DNA from: Spirochaetia bacterium
GTDB lineage: Bacteria > Spirochaetota > Spirochaetia > CADAEX01
Direction of reading: 5' to 3'
Length of the DNA: 64,000 nucleotides
Assembly: GCA_963662795.1 (NCBI GenBank)
Contig: OY759746.1
Coordinates: 3,776,001 to 3,840,000 of the forward strand
Positions 62,832 to 64,000 of this stretch are shown in pieces. The notes beneath the pieces are model-generated. The model was not told the origin of the DNA. It searched no databases and saw only the letters and a list, made by a program, of their open reading frames with translations. The translations under genes were made by a program, and so were the position numbers. The first letter of the stretch is position 1, and every line of letters begins with the position of its first letter.

Positions 62832-63188
62832 CTATTCAACTTTCAGGACATCTTTTATAAGCTGCTTGAAAGTTTCTTTTGGAAGAGCACCCGCTGCCAT
62901 CTGCGGTTTTTCATCTTTCGGAATAAAAAGAATTGACGGAATACTGGAAATACCAAATGCCGCGGAAATATCCTGCTCCTGTTCAGTATTTACCTTGTAT
63001 ATATTCAGTTTACCTTCAAATTCCTCTGATAGTTTCTCAAGAACCGGCGCTACCATCTTACAGGGTCCGCACCAGTCTGCGTAAAAATCCACTATTGCAG
63101 GAAGTTCTCCTTTGAATTTCCATTCTTTTTCGTTTTCATAATCAAAAATCTTATCCACAAAATCCTGTTTCGTTATCTGTACTGCCAT
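62832..63188 (-). CDS. trxA: Thioredoxin
   Basis: DFYADWCGPCK, SIP. Confidence 0.93.
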   Translation of the reverse strand: MAVQITKQDFVDKIFDYENEKEWKFKGELPAIVDFYADWCGPCKMVAPVLEKLSEEFEGKLNIYKVNTEQEQDISAAFGISSIPSILFIPKDEKPQMAAGALPKETFKQLIKDVLKVE

Positions 63189-63239
63189 ATTAATAACCCC
63201 TTTATTTTTATTTTAATATATATATATTTATATATATAG

Positions 63240-64000
63240 TCAAGGAGTTCTCTGCATTTTTTTCAGTTCATCAATCCTTGATCTGTCTTCTTTAATCAGG
63301 GTTTCAAGGTCAGATATCTCTTTTTGCATGGCACTGATTTTTTGAACTTTTTTTGAGATACTCTTCTGTCTTTCAGCCGTATCAATTTCAATTTTTTCTA
63401 TCTCGAGTTCAATTTCAAGCTGCCCTTTTTTCATTTCAAGCTTTTCAATTTCACTGTTTCGATTTTTTATTCCTTCAAAAATGCCGGCAGCTTCACTCTC
63501 CGGATTTATAAGATATTCCGTTTTATCCGGGGTTCCCGGGGATTTTTCATAATCAAAAATTATCCGGTAAATCTTTTTTCCAAATTCCTTAAGGAGTTCC
63601 TCTCTTTCCTTAAGCCTGTATTTAAGAAACTGTTCGGGATCGTTCTCAAAATAAATCAATAATTCATCAATTTCATGTTCAAAATTATTTTTTTCAGCCT
63701 CAAGCGTTTCGAGCTTGATTTCAAGGTCCTCCTGAATTTTCCTGTTGCTTCTGTATGCTGCAAACATACCTGCTATTTCCTGACTGGGATTGTTTTCATA
63801 GACCCTGTTCAGGCACATCTCTTTCCCTGCTTTTTTTTTGGCAGCATTAAGCTGCGCTTCATTCATTTTTTTCCGTGAAGCCAGAATGGCTTTTTCTCCC
63901 GCTCCTGCCATTCTGGATAGAACAGACTGGTTTTTTTTAGCGTTTATATCTTCAATTTTTCTATCAAGTTCCCTCTTTTTTTTATCCAGATCAATTATCC
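63240..64000 (-). CDS. Coiled-coil hypothetical protein, 5' end outside the window
   Basis: Frame stays open from the window edge through the 63911 ATG; E/K-rich heptads. Confidence 0.65.
   Translation of the reverse strand, partial: IIDLDKKKRELDRKIEDINAKKNQSVLSRMAGAGEKAILASRKKMNEAQLNAAKKKAGKEMCLNRVYENNPSQEIAGMFAAYRSNRKIQEDLEIKLETLEAEKNNFEHEIDELLIYFENDPEQFLKYRLKEREELLKEFGKKIYRIIFDYEKSPGTPDKTEYLINPESEAAGIFEGIKNRNSEIEKLEMKKGQLEIELEIEKIEIDTAERQKSISKKVQKISAMQKEISDLETLIKEDRSRIDELKKMQRTP

Noticed and set aside
1-64000. CRISPR array, rRNA, or prophage structural genes
   Set aside because: No regularly spaced repeats, cas genes, rRNA-like tracts or phage genes were seen.

Overview
A 64-kb stretch of an AT-rich bacterial chromosome, most likely a spirochaete (Spirochaetota). 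That call rests on a spirochaete-type EF-G paralog, a short FlgJ, a Treponema-like chemoreceptor and integrase, and a Leptospira-like attC repeat. Housekeeping genes: two tandem EF-G paralogs, trmB, mfd, amrS, tRNA-Asn, two Hsp20 genes, mscS, flgF-flgG-flgJ-deacetylase-tsaD, nfo and a thioredoxin. Signalling and envelope genes: an adenylate cyclase plus FecR/FnIII pair, a PlpD-like patatin, two hybrid kinases, a REC-EAL protein and MacAB-TolC. There are two accessory regions. (1) About 32.7-47.4 kb, ending at tRNA-Thr(CGT): a decayed integrase and two further copies of the tRNA 3' end mark stacked islands. One island carries a chlD-type chelatase gene split by a -1 frameshift at an A9G run. 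(2) About 52-60.6 kb: a type I restriction-modification operon with a DNA-binding protein/Doc toxin pair inserted between hsdS and hsdR, next to a lone attC-bearing gene cassette. Also seen: a structured leader upstream of the second EF-G, an internally deleted IS30 relic, and a degenerate HPt-like module on the cyclase. All calls come from reading motifs by eye; no database searches were run.
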